Positions 1 through 11,286 of a stretch of 64,000 bases of DNA are shown here, one piece after another. The stretch covers positions 83,131-147,130 of the forward strand of contig CAYPQN010000002.1 of assembly GCA_964412885.1 (NCBI GenBank), written 5' to 3'. Both the position numbers and the translations under genes were made by a program. Every line of letters begins with the position of its first letter. Position 1 is the first letter of the stretch. The stretch is from an uncultured Chitinophagaceae bacterium (GTDB lineage: Bacteria > Bacteroidota > Bacteroidia > Chitinophagales > Chitinophagaceae). A model generated the notes under the pieces. It worked only from the letters and a program-made list of their open reading frames with translations. It searched no databases and was not told where the DNA came from.

Positions 1-1394
1 CCCTGATCACCGAAGGTCCCCGGGACCAGTATCTCGTCTCCCTGACCTGGGCGCCCAATGAAGAAGAGATCTATGTCGGCATATTGAACCGGGATCAGAA
101 CCATTTTCGCCTAAATCGCTATGACCGGCTCAGCGGCCGTCTATCCCAAACACTTTTTGAGGAAAAACATTCGGCCTATGTGGAACCCCAACATCCCCTG
201 TACTTCCCCAGGGGCCAGTCCGAAGAGTTTATCTGGCGATCCCAAAGGGACGGATATACCCATCTCTACCATTATACCCGGGAGGGAAAGTTGGTCCGCC
301 AGCTGACCAAAGGCCCTTGGGTAGTGGACGATATCGTGGGATTCAGTGAGGCCTCCGGGGAATTGATCTTTCTGGCCGCCCGCCCCAGCCCTCTGGTACG
401 CAACCTTTTCCGCTTGAATTGGAGCAATGGGGAAATCCGCCCCGTCGACCTGCAGGATGGATTCCATTCGGCCTGGATCTCCGGTACGGGAAAATATGTG
501 TTGGACTATTTCACCAGTGAGGAGTCCGCGGGAAAATATCTTATCCACGGCTTGAGCGAGGACTATGTGGAAGCCCATTTTGAAGTGGAAGACCCCCTGA
601 AGGATTTTCAGCGGGCCCGGGTAGAAAACCTGGAATGGGAAGCGGAAGACGGAACCCGCCTCTATGGTAAATTGGTTCTGCCGGCCAGTCTGGACAGCCA
701 GCGCCGCTATCCCCTGATTGTCTATGTCTACAACGGACCCCATGTGCAGCTGGTGACCCACCGATACCCGGCCTCCGGAAATCTGTGGTATGAATACCTC
801 GCCCAAAAAGGATATCTGGTCTTCTTTATGGACGGACGCGGTAGCGCCCGTCGAGGCCGGGACTTTGAACAGAAAATTTTCCGGCAGCTGGGGAAATGGG
901 AAATCAAGGACCAGATCCAGGGTCTGGAACGAATCAAAGCCCTTCCCTTTGTGGATTCCCAGCGCATAGGGGTGCATGGGTGGAGCTATGGTGGATTCAT
1001 GACCACATCCCTGCTGATCCACCATCCCGATCAATTCCAACTAGGAGTGGCTGGAGGACCGGTGTTGGACTGGTCCGATTATGAAATCATGTATACGGAG
1101 CGCTACATGGACCGGCCCCAGGACAACCCGGAAGGCTATTCCGCCTCCCGGCTGACGGACAAGGTGGAAAAGATTCAGGATCCGCTTTTGCTGATTCACG
1201 GAACCGACGACGATGTGGTCCTATGGCAGCATAGCCTGAAATTTCTCAAGGCAGCAGTGGACAAAGGGATATCCCTGGATTATTTCGTCTATCCGGGTCA
1301 TGGGCACAATGTACGGGGAAAGGACAGGGTGCACCTGATGAAGAAAATTACGGACTATTTCGACTTATACCTCCACCCCGCGTCCCCGAATTAA
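1..1394 (+). CDS. Dipeptidyl-peptidase IV-like serine peptidase (S9B family), 5'-partial
   Basis: The frame is open from nt 3 to the window edge (LITEGPRDQYLVSLTWAPNEEEIYVGILNRDQ...), so the track start at 84 is an internal TTG. GWSYGG nucleophile elbow, and a C-terminal LLIHGTDDDVV ... GHGH acid/His region typical of the prolyl oligopeptidase/DPP-IV fold. Confidence 0.85.
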   Translation, partial: LITEGPRDQYLVSLTWAPNEEEIYVGILNRDQNHFRLNRYDRLSGRLSQTLFEEKHSAYVEPQHPLYFPRGQSEEFIWRSQRDGYTHLYHYTREGKLVRQLTKGPWVVDDIVGFSEASGELIFLAARPSPLVRNLFRLNWSNGEIRPVDLQDGFHSAWISGTGKYVLDYFTSEESAGKYLIHGLSEDYVEAHFEVEDPLKDFQRARVENLEWEAEDGTRLYGKLVLPASLDSQRRYPLIVYVYNGPHVQLVTHRYPASGNLWYEYLAQKGYLVFFMDGRGSARRGRDFEQKIFRQLGKWEIKDQIQGLERIKALPFVDSQRIGVHGWSYGGFMTTSLLIHHPDQFQLGVAGGPVLDWSDYEIMYTERYMDRPQDNPEGYSASRLTDKVEKIQDPLLLIHGTDDDVVLWQHSLKFLKAAVDKGISLDYFVYPGHGHNVRGKDRVHLMKKITDYFDLYLHPASPN

Positions 1395-2128
1395 TCCTTT
1401 AGGCCCAGGACATGCTGCATGGTATGGACCCCTTTTTTTCCGACCATGTACTCGGCGGCGATTAGGGCGCCCAAAGCAAACCCATCCCGGTTGTGGGCCT
1501 TATGCAGAATTCGAATTTCATCGATGGAGGACCCATAAGCCACCTCATGGGTGCCCGGAACGGGATCCTCCCGCAGAGCCCATATGGGTATACGCCCGGC
1601 TTCGGTCTCCGTATCCGGACTCTGAGTTAGTTGCCAGCCCTTCCATAGGTCCGAGGCACTGATCAAATCCTCGGCAATGCGGATGGCCGTCCCGCTGGGC
1701 GCATCTTTCTTCTGCTTATGGTGGATTTCCTTTATGGAGGGTCGGTACTGGGGATGAGGGGCCATAATCCGGGCCAAATAGCGATTCAGGGCAAAAAACA
1801 GCTGAACTCCCAGACTGAAATTCGCCGCGTGCAGGAATCCGGTTCCGGTTTTCCGGGAAAGAGCCTCTGCCCGGCCCAGATCCGCATCCCAACCCGTGGT
1901 TCCGCAAACCACCGATATACCCAGATTAAGGAGGCGCTGCACATTGGCCCAGGCGGATTCAGGGCGGGAGAATTCAATGGCCACATCGGCTAATCGGAGC
2001 TGCTGATCGCTAATCTGCTCCGCATCCCGGGAGCGAAGGCGGCAAACCACCTGGTGGCCGCGGCTTTCGGCCAGGGCGTCTATGGCCTGCCCCATTTTCC
2101 CATATCCCACTAATGCTATTTTTGTCAT
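1391..2128 (-). CDS. dapB: 4-hydroxy-tetrahydrodipicolinate reductase
   Basis: Starts MTKIALVGYGKMGQAI (Rossmann GxGxxG). The EIHHKQKKDAPSGTA motif is characteristic of DapB. The ATG at 2128 was verified in the sequence. The longer track ORF (to 2413) overlaps the upstream gene and is an artefact. Confidence 0.9.
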   Translation of the reverse strand: MTKIALVGYGKMGQAIDALAESRGHQVVCRLRSRDAEQISDQQLRLADVAIEFSRPESAWANVQRLLNLGISVVCGTTGWDADLGRAEALSRKTGTGFLHAANFSLGVQLFFALNRYLARIMAPHPQYRPSIKEIHHKQKKDAPSGTAIRIAEDLISASDLWKGWQLTQSPDTETEAGRIPIWALREDPVPGTHEVAYGSSIDEIRILHKAHNRDGFALGALIAAEYMVGKKGVHTMQHVLGLKD

Positions 2129-2151
2129 CACATCGGTTTTTATCTCTTGGC

Positions 2152-3060
2152 TCAGAACAGAGAGTCCGGATTCCAGACTGCCCACAGCGCCCAAAGGGTA
2201 AAAAATGCATAAACCAGGCTGATCACCCCATTGGTGGTGGCAAAAGCCAGGTTGATCCGGGATAGATCCCCCTTTCCCACTATGCGGTGCTGAAAGACCA
2301 AAAGCCCCAAAAATAAGGCTGCCCCCAGCCAATAGACCCAGCCTAAACTTGCCCAAAGGGGTACCAAAATTACTCCCGCGGCGGAAAGCATATGCAGCCC
2401 CCGGGAAATCCACAGCGCCCCGGAAATCCCGAACCGGCTGGGTACCGAATGCAGGGCATGGTCCCGATCAAAATCCATATCCTGAAGGGAATAAAGAATA
2501 TCGAATCCGGCCACCCAGGTCATGACAATCAGGGAAAAGAGGACTGGAATCCAGGCGAAATAGCCCGTCACCGCCAGAAAAGCCCCTATGGGGGAAAGCG
2601 AGAGCCCCAGTCCGAGCACGAGGTGACACCAGGAAGTGAATTTCTTGGTGTAACTATAAAAAAGGATAATGGCCAGAGCAAGAAAGGACAGGTAAAAGCA
2701 AAGGGGATTGATCGTCCATGTCGTGAATAAGAACAGGGCACTGCTGATCAGGGTAAGGCCCAAGGCTTCCCTGGGACTGACTCTTCCGGCGGGAATTTCC
2801 CGGGTAGCCGTCCGCGGGTTACGGGCATCCATGTCCCGGTCCAGGTAGCGGTTGAAGGCCATGGCCGAAGTGCGGGCCGTGACCATGCAAATCAGGACTT
2901 TCAAAAAAATATGACCTTCGAAATCATGGCCAAAGACCGTGACCGCCAGGCCGAAGCCGATTAGGGCAAAGGGAAGGGCAAAGAGGGTATGGGAAAACTT
3001 GATAAGCGAAAGGTACTGCCCGGCCTTGTACTGCCAGCCCATGGTCCGTGGTGTCCTCAT
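2152..3060 (-). CDS. UbiA-family aromatic prenyltransferase (4-hydroxybenzoate polyprenyltransferase-like)
   Basis: Polytopic membrane protein with the UbiA Asp-rich motif NRYLDRDMDARNPRT. Its start overlaps the upstream gene stop (ATGA), suggesting an operon with DUF1573 and dapB. Confidence 0.8.
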   Translation of the reverse strand: MRTPRTMGWQYKAGQYLSLIKFSHTLFALPFALIGFGLAVTVFGHDFEGHIFLKVLICMVTARTSAMAFNRYLDRDMDARNPRTATREIPAGRVSPREALGLTLISSALFLFTTWTINPLCFYLSFLALAIILFYSYTKKFTSWCHLVLGLGLSLSPIGAFLAVTGYFAWIPVLFSLIVMTWVAGFDILYSLQDMDFDRDHALHSVPSRFGISGALWISRGLHMLSAAGVILVPLWASLGWVYWLGAALFLGLLVFQHRIVGKGDLSRINLAFATTNGVISLVYAFFTLWALWAVWNPDSLF

Positions 3061-3554
3061 GATTCCACCTCTACTTCAAATCCAATGGACATAGCCTCCT
3101 GCTCCGCATTGGAATGAATCATCACCATTTTTCTCTGCGGCCCTGGCCTCCCTTTGGAATTGAACTCCACGGTAATGACTCCCGAAGCCCCGGGGGCAAT
3201 CGGTTCCTTGGGATAACTGGGCACGGTGCACCCGCAGGAGGCATCGGCCTTGAAAATCACCAAGGGATGGTCCCCGGTATTGGTGAATCGAAACTCATGG
3301 CTGACCACGGTTCCTTCCTTGATCTTCCCAAACTGATGCAGGGTCTCTTCAAACTCCACGGAGGTCCGGGGCATTTTCTCCAGCTCTTCTTTGATTTTCT
3401 CCCTTTCCTCTTGGGCAGCCGCATGACTGTCCCCCGGGGAAAATTTATGGATCAGGGCCGTTCGACTCACTCCGCTGAGTTCGACTAAGGCGATGGCAAA
3501 GAGGGAAAGCGTGGCCACGGTGAGCAGTACGGTCTTCAATTGCGCATTCATCAT
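3057..3554 (-). CDS. DUF1573 domain protein, membrane-anchored
   Basis: N-terminal TM/signal anchor, then FGKIKEGTVVSHEFRFTNTGDHPLVI...ASCGCTVPSYPKEPIAPG, the signature I recognise for DUF1573. Confidence 0.75.
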   Translation of the reverse strand: MMNAQLKTVLLTVATLSLFAIALVELSGVSRTALIHKFSPGDSHAAAQEEREKIKEELEKMPRTSVEFEETLHQFGKIKEGTVVSHEFRFTNTGDHPLVIFKADASCGCTVPSYPKEPIAPGASGVITVEFNSKGRPGPQRKMVMIHSNAEQEAMSIGFEVEVES

Positions 3555-3607
3555 TGGGGGGATTTAGAGGGGAACAAAGTTAGGGAATTCAGGGCTTGGG
3601 GATGAAA

Positions 3608-4864
3608 TCAAGGGGTTCTTTCCTCCCAGATCCGGACCAAATGAACCAGTACTTCCACCGACTTTTCCATGTCCTGAACGCTGACAAACTCTGTACGGGA
3701 GTGGATGGACATTTCCCCGGTGAACAGATTCGGGCAGGGCAGGCCCATAAAGGAAAGTCGGGAACCGTCCGTCCCACCCCTTATGGATTCCCGGATCGGT
3801 TCCAGTCCGGCTCTCTTATAGGCTTCGGCCGCATAGTCCATGACCTGCGGGTGTTGATCCAGGATCTCTTTCATGTTGCGGTACTGCTCCACCTGACGGA
3901 TTTCCGCCTCCAGGCCGGGAAATGCCTTTAGGGTCTCCTCCAAAATGGATCGCACACGCCGTCCATAGATTTCCAGATCGGCCGTATCGAAAGATCGGAG
4001 GATAAAATCCACACGGGCAGTTTCCAGCTCTCCTTCCATGGCCACAGGATGAATGAAGCCCTCCATGCCTTCGGTGGCCTCAGGGCACCAACGGTCCCGG
4101 GGAAACCGGGATAAGAAATCGGCAGCCCCTTTCAGGGCAGAGACCATTTTCCCCCGGGCATAACCGGGATGGGCACTGCGTCCCTTGAACTCCACAGTCA
4201 GGGCATCGGCCGAAAAATTTTCCCCTTCCAAATAGCCTCTGGGTCCCCCATCCAGGGTATAGCCGAAGTCGGCCTGAAGCTTTTCCATATCGACTTTCCG
4301 CACTCCCCGGCCGATTTCCTCATCCGGAGTGAAGAGCAGGCGGATGCGGCCATGGGGGACTTCCGGATGGGCCATCAGGTATCGGGCCAGATCCATGATA
4401 ACGGCCACTCCTGCCTTATCGTCTGCCCCCAATAGCGTATTGCCCGAGGCCGTAATAATGTCCTGTCCCAGGCACTGATTAAGATAGGGTTGGGTCCGTG
4501 GACTGAGGACCAGCTGATCATCATCGGGGAACAGAATATCCTGTCCTTCATAGTGCTCATGTACCCGGGGTCGAACCCCATCCCCGGGACAGTCCGGGGC
4601 CGTATCCACATGAGCACAGAAACAAAGGACCGGAACCGGCTTCTCACTAGTGGCCGCAATGGTGGCATAAACATATCCATGCTCATCCATCTGGGCATCT
4701 TCCACCCCCATTTCCTTCAGTTCCCCAACCAAAAGCAGACTGAGGTCCTTTTGTTTTTCCGTGGAGGGCTGGCTAGGGGAGTTCGGATCGCTTTGGGTAT
4801 CGATCTGCACATAGCGCAGAAACCGTTCTTTGACCGTGTGCGCATAAGGTTTCAGAGATGACAT
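3608..4864 (-). CDS. pepT: Peptidase T (tripeptide aminopeptidase, M20B)
   Basis: VKERFLRYVQIDTQSD N-terminus, HVDTAPD, LGADDKAG and TPDEEIG metal-ligand motifs. Length 418 aa. Confidence 0.9.
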   Translation of the reverse strand: MSSLKPYAHTVKERFLRYVQIDTQSDPNSPSQPSTEKQKDLSLLLVGELKEMGVEDAQMDEHGYVYATIAATSEKPVPVLCFCAHVDTAPDCPGDGVRPRVHEHYEGQDILFPDDDQLVLSPRTQPYLNQCLGQDIITASGNTLLGADDKAGVAVIMDLARYLMAHPEVPHGRIRLLFTPDEEIGRGVRKVDMEKLQADFGYTLDGGPRGYLEGENFSADALTVEFKGRSAHPGYARGKMVSALKGAADFLSRFPRDRWCPEATEGMEGFIHPVAMEGELETARVDFILRSFDTADLEIYGRRVRSILEETLKAFPGLEAEIRQVEQYRNMKEILDQHPQVMDYAAEAYKRAGLEPIRESIRGGTDGSRLSFMGLPCPNLFTGEMSIHSRTEFVSVQDMEKSVEVLVHLVRIWEERTP

Positions 4865-5107
4865 ACTAAGGATTTTTTAGATTGATCGGCAGGAGAACCC
4901 GGAGCTGCTAAGCTAGGATTTTCCCTCTTGTTCCAAAAATCCTGCGCGCAGAAATCCCTATGTCCCTGCTTGCTCCCGGTGGTATCCCCCATCCTGTCGC
5001 TTCCCGGTATATTGACCGGCATCAGGCTCCTGCGCCTTGAGGGATCCGGGAATAAATACAAATAGCCCTATAGACAAGCCAAGAAAAAAGCCAATTATCT
5101 TTGCTCC

Positions 5108-5695
5108 ATGATGGAATTCGGAGGCTTTCATTTCACCCAGATCCTTTCGGTAACATTCACTCTTTTTGCCGTAATCGACATGCTGGGATCCATACCCATA
5201 TTTCTCAGCCTCCGGCAGAAAATGGGCAGCATTCATGCCGCTCAGGCCACTACAGTTTCCGGATTTCTCATGCTGCTTTTCTTCTTTATCGGCGAACAGA
5301 TGTTGGCCATTCTCGGGGTGGACATAGGCTCCTTTGCCATAGCCGGGTCCATTGTCATCTTCATCCTGGGCCTGGAAATGGTCCTGGGTCTGGAGATCTT
5401 CCGGACCGAAAAAGACAGTAAAGCAGGGAATGTGGTGCCCATTGCCTTTCCCATTATCGCCGGGTCCGGGACTCTGACCACCATCATGTCCTTGAAAGCG
5501 GTCTACAGCCCGGTGAACATTCTGGTGGGCATACTCCTGAATCTGGGGTTCATCTATTTCATTTTGCAGTCCCTGAGTTGGATAGAGCGACTGCTGGGCG
5601 CCTCCGGAATCCTGGTGGTCAGAAAGTTCTTCGGGGTGATTTTGCTGGCCATTGCCATCAAAATCTTCCGCAACAATCTGGCCGGATTCGCCTGA
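5108..5695 (+). CDS. MarC-family (UPF0056) integral membrane protein
   Basis: 195 aa, about six hydrophobic segments. The FAVIDMLGSIPIFLSL N-terminal motif and PIAFPIIAGSGTLTT are typical of the MarC family. Confidence 0.8.
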   Translation: MMEFGGFHFTQILSVTFTLFAVIDMLGSIPIFLSLRQKMGSIHAAQATTVSGFLMLLFFFIGEQMLAILGVDIGSFAIAGSIVIFILGLEMVLGLEIFRTEKDSKAGNVVPIAFPIIAGSGTLTTIMSLKAVYSPVNILVGILLNLGFIYFILQSLSWIERLLGASGILVVRKFFGVILLAIAIKIFRNNLAGFA

Positions 5696-5796
5696 TCGCC
5701 CGAAATGGGCTTTCCGGAAGAACCACGAGCCCACACTTGATTAATTGAAAAATTTTATGTACCTTCCGTGGGAATTTATTAAACATACCGCAGAAA

Positions 5797-6918
5797 GTGC
5801 CTTCCATTTCCTCCCCCCAACCCGTCCGAAAAACCAGTAAACTCGTCAAATTTGCACCGAGAGGAGAACAGAAATTCTACGACGCCCTAAAGGAAAAAGT
5901 CGATCGTTATTTCAAAGCCCAGGGTATCCATATCCATGCCAACCGCCAGATGCGCCTGAAATCCGTTGTCATGATCTCCCTCTATTTTGTCCCCTACCTG
6001 TTCATAGTCTCGGGGGCGACGGCCGCTTCTCCTTTTTTGTTTTACAGCTTATGGCTGCTCATGGGCGCCGGTGTGGTGGGAATAGGTACCTGCATCATGC
6101 ATGATTCCAACCATGGCTCCTATTCCCGAAATCCCGCAGTGAATTTTGCCCTGGGCGGTTTGCTGAACCTGATCGGCGGCTATTCCAGGAACTGGAGAAT
6201 ACAGCATAACATCCTGCACCATACGTATACCAATATTACCGGCCTGGACGAAGATATAGCCGGCACCCCGCTGATTCGCATGTCCCCCCATTCGCCGGTG
6301 CGCAAAATCCACCGCTATCAGGCCTATTATGCCTGGTTCCTTTATGCCATGATGAACTTGGTCTGGGTGATCCTCAAGGATTTCAAACTGATCTTTCACT
6401 ATGAACGCGAGGGCCTGCTGAGAAAAGAGAAAGTAAGCCTGAAAAGGGCTTTCCTGGAAGTCACCGCTTACCGGCTGATCTATATTGGCTACATCATTGT
6501 CCTTCCCGCTCTGTTCTCCGGAATGGGCTGGGGACCGGTGATCATGGGATTCCTGATCATGCAAATGGTGGCCGGGCTTTCCTTGGCCTTGATTTTTCAG
6601 CCGGCCCATGTCATGGAGACCTCGGAGTTCCCCATGCCGGATGACGAAAGGAAAATGGAAAACAGTTGGGCCATCCATCAGCTGTTGAACACCACGAATT
6701 TTGCCCCCGGAAGCCGGATCACCTCCTGGTTTATGGGCGGACTGAACTATCAGATCGAACACCATCTCTTTCCCCAGATCTGCCATATCCACTATCAGAA
6801 CCTGGCCCCCATAGTGCAAGAGACAGCCGAAGAACATGGACTAAAGTATAATGTGGTGCCCACGGTATGGCAGGCCATAGTGGAACATGGGAAGATGCTC
6901 CATGCCTTAAGAAAATAA
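5797..6918 (+). CDS. Membrane fatty-acid desaturase (acyl-lipid/acyl-CoA type)
   Basis: Three His boxes are present: HDSNHGS, HNILHHTYTN and QIEHHLFP. TM segments lie between the boxes. Confidence 0.85.
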   Translation: MPSISSPQPVRKTSKLVKFAPRGEQKFYDALKEKVDRYFKAQGIHIHANRQMRLKSVVMISLYFVPYLFIVSGATAASPFLFYSLWLLMGAGVVGIGTCIMHDSNHGSYSRNPAVNFALGGLLNLIGGYSRNWRIQHNILHHTYTNITGLDEDIAGTPLIRMSPHSPVRKIHRYQAYYAWFLYAMMNLVWVILKDFKLIFHYEREGLLRKEKVSLKRAFLEVTAYRLIYIGYIIVLPALFSGMGWGPVIMGFLIMQMVAGLSLALIFQPAHVMETSEFPMPDDERKMENSWAIHQLLNTTNFAPGSRITSWFMGGLNYQIEHHLFPQICHIHYQNLAPIVQETAEEHGLKYNVVPTVWQAIVEHGKMLHALRK

Positions 6919-7009
6919 GGAATCCTGGATTTTCCTCGGCTGTTTTTTTGGCCGACCGGCCAGAAGCCTCTATTTTTGCCTCCTTTTTTTAGGAAATCTA
7001 TCGGGCAAC

Positions 7010-7426
7010 ATGAAGCTAATCAATAAGAAAATCTGCATGGGCATGGACATCGGCGTCCACGGCAATATGTTTGGAGGCCGACTCATGGCCTGGATCGACG
7101 AAGCCGCCGCCGCATTTGCCAACGAATATTGCCAGACCCCCAATATGATCACCCTCCGGGTGGGGGAACTGATTTTCAAGCGCCCCATAAAAGTGGGAAA
7201 CCACATCCGCCTTTACGGGGAAACCGTAAAGCTGGGCAATTCCTCGATCACTCTGGATATTGAAGTAAGGAAATACAATCTATACGACGGTCAGGAAACG
7301 GTGGTGTGCACCACTACCGTTACCTTTGTACGTATCGATGAAGACGGAAGGCCGGTTCCCATAGGGGAAAAGGTTCGTGCCCGATACGAAAGGGAGAAGG
7401 CTCAGGCCTTACCTTCCGTTTCCTGA
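7010..7426 (+). CDS. Acyl-CoA thioesterase, hotdog fold (YciA-like)
   Basis: 138 aa. The [17 protein letters not shown] motif is typical of 4HBT/acyl-CoA thioester hydrolases. Confidence 0.8.
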   Translation: MKLINKKICMGMDIGVHGNMFGGRLMAWIDEAAAAFANEYCQTPNMITLRVGELIFKRPIKVGNHIRLYGETVKLGNSSITLDIEVRKYNLYDGQETVVCTTTVTFVRIDEDGRPVPIGEKVRARYEREKAQALPSVS

Positions 7427-8520
7427 TCTTGGGCCTCCTTTTTCTCTTTGCGGCTCCTCCAAGTGGCCGACAAAATGTTCCACTCCCGGCGATGTCGTCT
7501 TAGCGGATGGTGACGGGATTTGTTGAATACTTTGGTATCGTTTTTTCTCCCCTCCCAACGCGCCTTTTGCAGCGATTCGGGGAGGTTCTTTTCCTCCATG
7601 CAGTCCGGACTGCAGCACCCCTCCAGTTCCTGAGCACACTGGGGACATTGAATAAAGAGGAGGTGGCAGCCCGGATTCAGGCAATTCGTATGCTCATCAC
7701 AGGGCTTTCCACATATATGGCAGGAGGCAATTACCTCGTCGGTAACCCTTTCCCCCAGCCGATGATCAAACACAAAATTCTTCCCCTTGAACTTTAGCGG
7801 GAGGTTCTCCTCCCTGGCCCGCCGCACATACTCAATAATTCCCCCTTCCACATGAAAAACATTGCGAAATCCTTTATGCTTGAAATAGGCACTGGCTTTC
7901 TCGCACCGGATTCCCCCCGTGCAATACATGATGATCTTGCGGTCCTTATGCTCTTTGAGCATGTCCACGGCCATGGGTAACTGATCCCGGAAAGTGTCTG
8001 CAGGAACTTCCAGGGCATTCTCAAAATGACCCACTTCATATTCATAATGGTTCCGCATATCCACCACTATGGTATCGGGATCTTCGGTCATTTCATTGAA
8101 CCGGCGGGCATCCAGATACTCCCCCCGGTTCTCCAAACTGAAATCCGGGTCTTCGATCCCATCGGCCACAATCCGGGGCCTAACCTTGACCTTCAGTACC
8201 CAGAAGGACTTGCCGTCGTCCTCCAATGCCCGATTCAAGCGGATTCCCTCCAGTCGGGGATGAAAGCCATAGATTTCCTCCCGGAAAGCTTCCCAGAGAT
8301 CAGTGGGTACACTAACCTGGGCATTGATTCCTTCTGAGGCCACATAGATTCGCCCCAGAACTCTCAGGGCGTTCAGGCGAAGGTAGAGCTGATCCCGGAA
8401 TGACTGGGGATTTTCAATGGGGAAGTACTGATAAAAGGATACGGTGGTTCTCGGCTCCGTCTCCTCCATCAGCCGTCTTTTCAACTCTTCTTTTGATACT
8501 CGGTTATGGAGCACAGGCAT
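7402..8520 (-). CDS. trhO: Rhodanese-domain tRNA uridine(34) hydroxylase (UPF0176/YceA family)
   Basis: Family-typical start [17 protein letters not shown]...VSFYQYF (ATG at 8520 checked). Rhodanese active-site loop [13 protein letters not shown]. Cys-rich C-terminal region ([20 protein letters not shown]...). Confidence 0.8.
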   Translation of the reverse strand: MPVLHNRVSKEELKRRLMEETEPRTTVSFYQYFPIENPQSFRDQLYLRLNALRVLGRIYVASEGINAQVSVPTDLWEAFREEIYGFHPRLEGIRLNRALEDDGKSFWVLKVKVRPRIVADGIEDPDFSLENRGEYLDARRFNEMTEDPDTIVVDMRNHYEYEVGHFENALEVPADTFRDQLPMAVDMLKEHKDRKIIMYCTGGIRCEKASAYFKHKGFRNVFHVEGGIIEYVRRAREENLPLKFKGKNFVFDHRLGERVTDEVIASCHICGKPCDEHTNCLNPGCHLLFIQCPQCAQELEGCCSPDCMEEKNLPESLQKARWEGRKNDTKVFNKSRHHPLRRHRREWNILSATWRSRKEKKEAQDQETEGKA

Positions 8521-8591
8521 GGTTCCAGGGAATTTTAAAGCCCCGGGGGGCCAAAGGTACAGATAATCAGAAAGGGGATCCGCATTTTCGC

Positions 8592-8822
8592 CTACCAGCG
8601 CAGGGGATTGCGCCGGGACATCCATATGTAATTCTTCATGTTAATCCAGAATGCCAGAATCATATAAAGGATTATGGGCGATCCCAGAGTCAGAAAAGAG
8701 ACATAGATAAACCAGAGGCGGATACGGGCAATGGAAATACCCAGCCGCTCTCCAATCATGGTGCACACCCCGAAAGCTTTCCATTCAATAAAGTTTTTCA
8801 GCTCTAATAAACGATTTTCCAT
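8592..8822 (-). CDS. PspC-domain small membrane protein
   Basis: [37 protein letters not shown] resembles the PspC domain followed by a TM helix. The start is uncertain (8822 or 8870). Confidence 0.5.
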   Translation of the reverse strand: MENRLLELKNFIEWKAFGVCTMIGERLGISIARIRLWFIYVSFLTLGSPIILYMILAFWINMKNYIWMSRRNPLRW

Positions 8823-8941
8823 AGCCAGCGAGATTGGGCCAAATTTACAGAATCCGCCCCGGACTTCCATAAATTCGAGGGGACTAATTCACAGGGAAAG
8901 AAGCGCAGATCCAGGCCCGTTGCGGCGAACACGGCTAAACG

Positions 8942-8991
8942 TCCCCATAAATGGGGGAAGGGAAGCCGGCCCGAAAACCTCTTCCCTTCCC
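8942..8991 (-). terminator. Hairpin pair downstream of the aconitase gene
   Basis: Perfect 11-bp stem GGGAAGGGAAG (8955-8965) / CTTCCCTTCCC (8981-8991), plus the adjacent TCCCCA-TAAA-TGGGGA hairpin. It lies just 3' of the aconitase stop on the minus strand. The U-tract is weak. Confidence 0.45.
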
Positions 8992-9015
8992 TGGCAGTCT
9001 AAGCCCGGTTGCCGA

Positions 9016-11286
9016 TCAGGATCCGGCGCTCATCTCCCGGCGGATCACATTCAGAGCCCCTCCGGCTTTGAACCATTCAATCTGCTGTTCGTTATACGTA
9101 TGGAGCAGGGAAATGCGGTCGCTGGTTCCATCCGCATGATGCGCTACCATGGTCAGCGGTTTCCCGGGGCGGAAATCCCTCAGGCCTGTAATGTCCAGCC
9201 GATCGTCTTCCTGGATCAGCTCATAGTCCTCCTTGTTTTCAAAGGTGAGTGCCAGCATGCCCTGTTTTTTCAGATTGGTCTCGTGGATTCGGGCAAAGCT
9301 TTTCACGACAATGACCCTTACGCCCAGGTGGCGGGGTTCCATGGCCGCATGTTCCCGGGAGCTACCTTCCCCGTAATTCTCGTCACCCACCACCACGGTG
9401 CCTATGCCCGCGGCCTTATAGGCTCTTTGCACTGCCGGCACTTCCCCATAGGTGCCGTCCAGAGTATTCTTCACCGAATTGGTTTTCTGATTGAATGCGT
9501 TAACGGCCCCAATCAGCATGTTGTTGGAAATATTGTCCAGATGCCCCCGGTATTTCAGCCAGGGTCCCGCCATGGAAATATGGTCGGTAGTACACTTTCC
9601 ATAAGCTTTGATCAGCAAGCGAAGACCTAGAAGATCCGTGCCTTCCCAAGGCCGGAACGGTTCCAGCAACTGAAGGCGATCACTGTTTGGATCCACTTCC
9701 ACCACCACCGTGCTGCCGTCTTCGGCCGGGGCTTGGTATCCGGGATCTTCTACCGAGAAGCCCCGCGGAGGAAGCTCAAATCCTTTGGGCTCGTTAAGGC
9801 GTACCTCCTCCCCGGCTTCGTTGACCAGGCTATCCATCATAGGATTAAAAGACAGCTTACCGGCAATGGCAATGGCGGTCACGATTTCCGGGGAGGCCAC
9901 AAAGGCATGGGTGGCCGCCAGGCCATCATTCCTTTTGGCGAAATTGCGGTTGAATGAGGTGATAATGGTATTCTTCCGATTCGGATCATCGATATGCCTT
10001 GCCCATTGGCCTATACATGGGCCGCAAGCATTGGCTAAAACCACTCCGCCCATTTTATCGAAGGTCTGGAGCATCCCATCCCTTTCGATGGTATAGCGCA
10101 CCATTTCCGATCCCGGAGTGATGGTGAATTCGCTACGAGCCTTCAGCCCCTTGCTCATGGCGTCTTCGGCAATCGAAGCGGAGCGGGAAATATCTTCGTA
10201 AGACGAGTTGGTGCATGAGCCAATCAAGGCCACTTCCACCGTTTCCGGCCATCCATGCTGCTTCAGCGCTTCCCCTATTTTGGAAATAGGAGTGGCCAGA
10301 TCCGGGGTAAATGGGCCATTGATATAGGGCTCCAACTCGTCGAGGTTGATTTCGATCAACTGATCATAGTATCGGGCCGGGTTAGCATATACTTCGGGGT
10401 CTGCCTCGAGGTGCTCACGGACGCCGGCAGCCAGAGCGGCCACATCGGCACGGTCCGTTCCCCGAAGGTATTCCTCCGACTTGGAATCATAGGCAAAGAG
10501 TGAACAGGTGGCCCCGATCTCCGCGCCCATATTGCAAATGGTCGCCTTTCCGGTGGTGCTGAGGGTTTGGGCCCCTTCCCCGAAATATTCCACAACGGCA
10601 CCGGTTCCTCCTTTCACGGTGAGAATGCCGGCCACCTTTAGGATTATGTCCTTGGCCGAAGTCCAGCCGTTCATTCTGCCCGTCAGTCTGACTCCGATGA
10701 TCTTGGGCATCTTCAGCTCCCAAGGCAGGCCAGCCATTACATCCACGGCATCCGCCCCCCCGACGCCTATGGCAATCATGCCCAGGCCTCCGGCATTGGG
10801 GGTATGGCTGTCCGTACCAATCATCATTCCACCGGGAAAGGCATAGTTCTCCAGAACAACCTGATGGATAATCCCTGCCCCTGGCTTCCAAAAGCCGATT
10901 CCATACTTATTGGAAATGGAGGCCAGAAAACTGTATACTTCCCGGTTCACCTCGGTGGCGGTTTTTAGATCTTCTGCTGCCCCGGATTTCGCCTGGATGA
11001 GGTGATCGCAGTGTACCGAACTGGGCACGGCTACCCGGGACCGGCCGCAGGTCATGAACTGAAGCAGGGCCATCTGGGCCGTGGCATCCTGCATGGCTAC
11101 CCGATCCGGGGAAAAATTCACATAATCCTTCCCCCTTTCGTCAGGGCTGCTTGCCGGCTCAGTACGGTGAGCATAGAGGATTTTTTCTGTCAATGTCAAT
11201 GGTTTGCCCATAACCTGTCTTGCCTGGTTCACTTTCTCCGGGAGCTCTGCATATACCTTCTGTATCAGGTCGATATCGAATGCCAT
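9016..11286 (-). CDS. acnA: Aconitate hydratase (mitochondrial-type, ~755 aa)
   Basis: Fe-S cluster Cys motifs ([19 protein letters not shown]), [10 protein letters not shown]-like substrate region and a C-terminal swivel domain. Full-length protein. Confidence 0.92.
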   Translation of the reverse strand: MAFDIDLIQKVYAELPEKVNQARQVMGKPLTLTEKILYAHRTEPASSPDERGKDYVNFSPDRVAMQDATAQMALLQFMTCGRSRVAVPSSVHCDHLIQAKSGAAEDLKTATEVNREVYSFLASISNKYGIGFWKPGAGIIHQVVLENYAFPGGMMIGTDSHTPNAGGLGMIAIGVGGADAVDVMAGLPWELKMPKIIGVRLTGRMNGWTSAKDIILKVAGILTVKGGTGAVVEYFGEGAQTLSTTGKATICNMGAEIGATCSLFAYDSKSEEYLRGTDRADVAALAAGVREHLEADPEVYANPARYYDQLIEINLDELEPYINGPFTPDLATPISKIGEALKQHGWPETVEVALIGSCTNSSYEDISRSASIAEDAMSKGLKARSEFTITPGSEMVRYTIERDGMLQTFDKMGGVVLANACGPCIGQWARHIDDPNRKNTIITSFNRNFAKRNDGLAATHAFVASPEIVTAIAIAGKLSFNPMMDSLVNEAGEEVRLNEPKGFELPPRGFSVEDPGYQAPAEDGSTVVVEVDPNSDRLQLLEPFRPWEGTDLLGLRLLIKAYGKCTTDHISMAGPWLKYRGHLDNISNNMLIGAVNAFNQKTNSVKNTLDGTYGEVPAVQRAYKAAGIGTVVVGDENYGEGSSREHAAMEPRHLGVRVIVVKSFARIHETNLKKQGMLALTFENKEDYELIQEDDRLDITGLRDFRPGKPLTMVAHHADGTSDRISLLHTYNEQQIEWFKAGGALNVIRREMSAGS

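Noticed and set aside
2129-2413. A 95-residue N-terminal extension of dapB in the track ORF (1391-2413).
   Set aside because: The extension overlaps the 3' end of the UbiA-family gene and has no DapB similarity. The canonical MTKIALVGYGKMG start is at 2128.
5096-5103. TATCTTTG box upstream of the MarC-family gene.
   Set aside because: The box ends only 4 nt before the ATG at 5108. It would imply a leaderless transcript or a downstream start, which is too speculative to annotate as a promoter.
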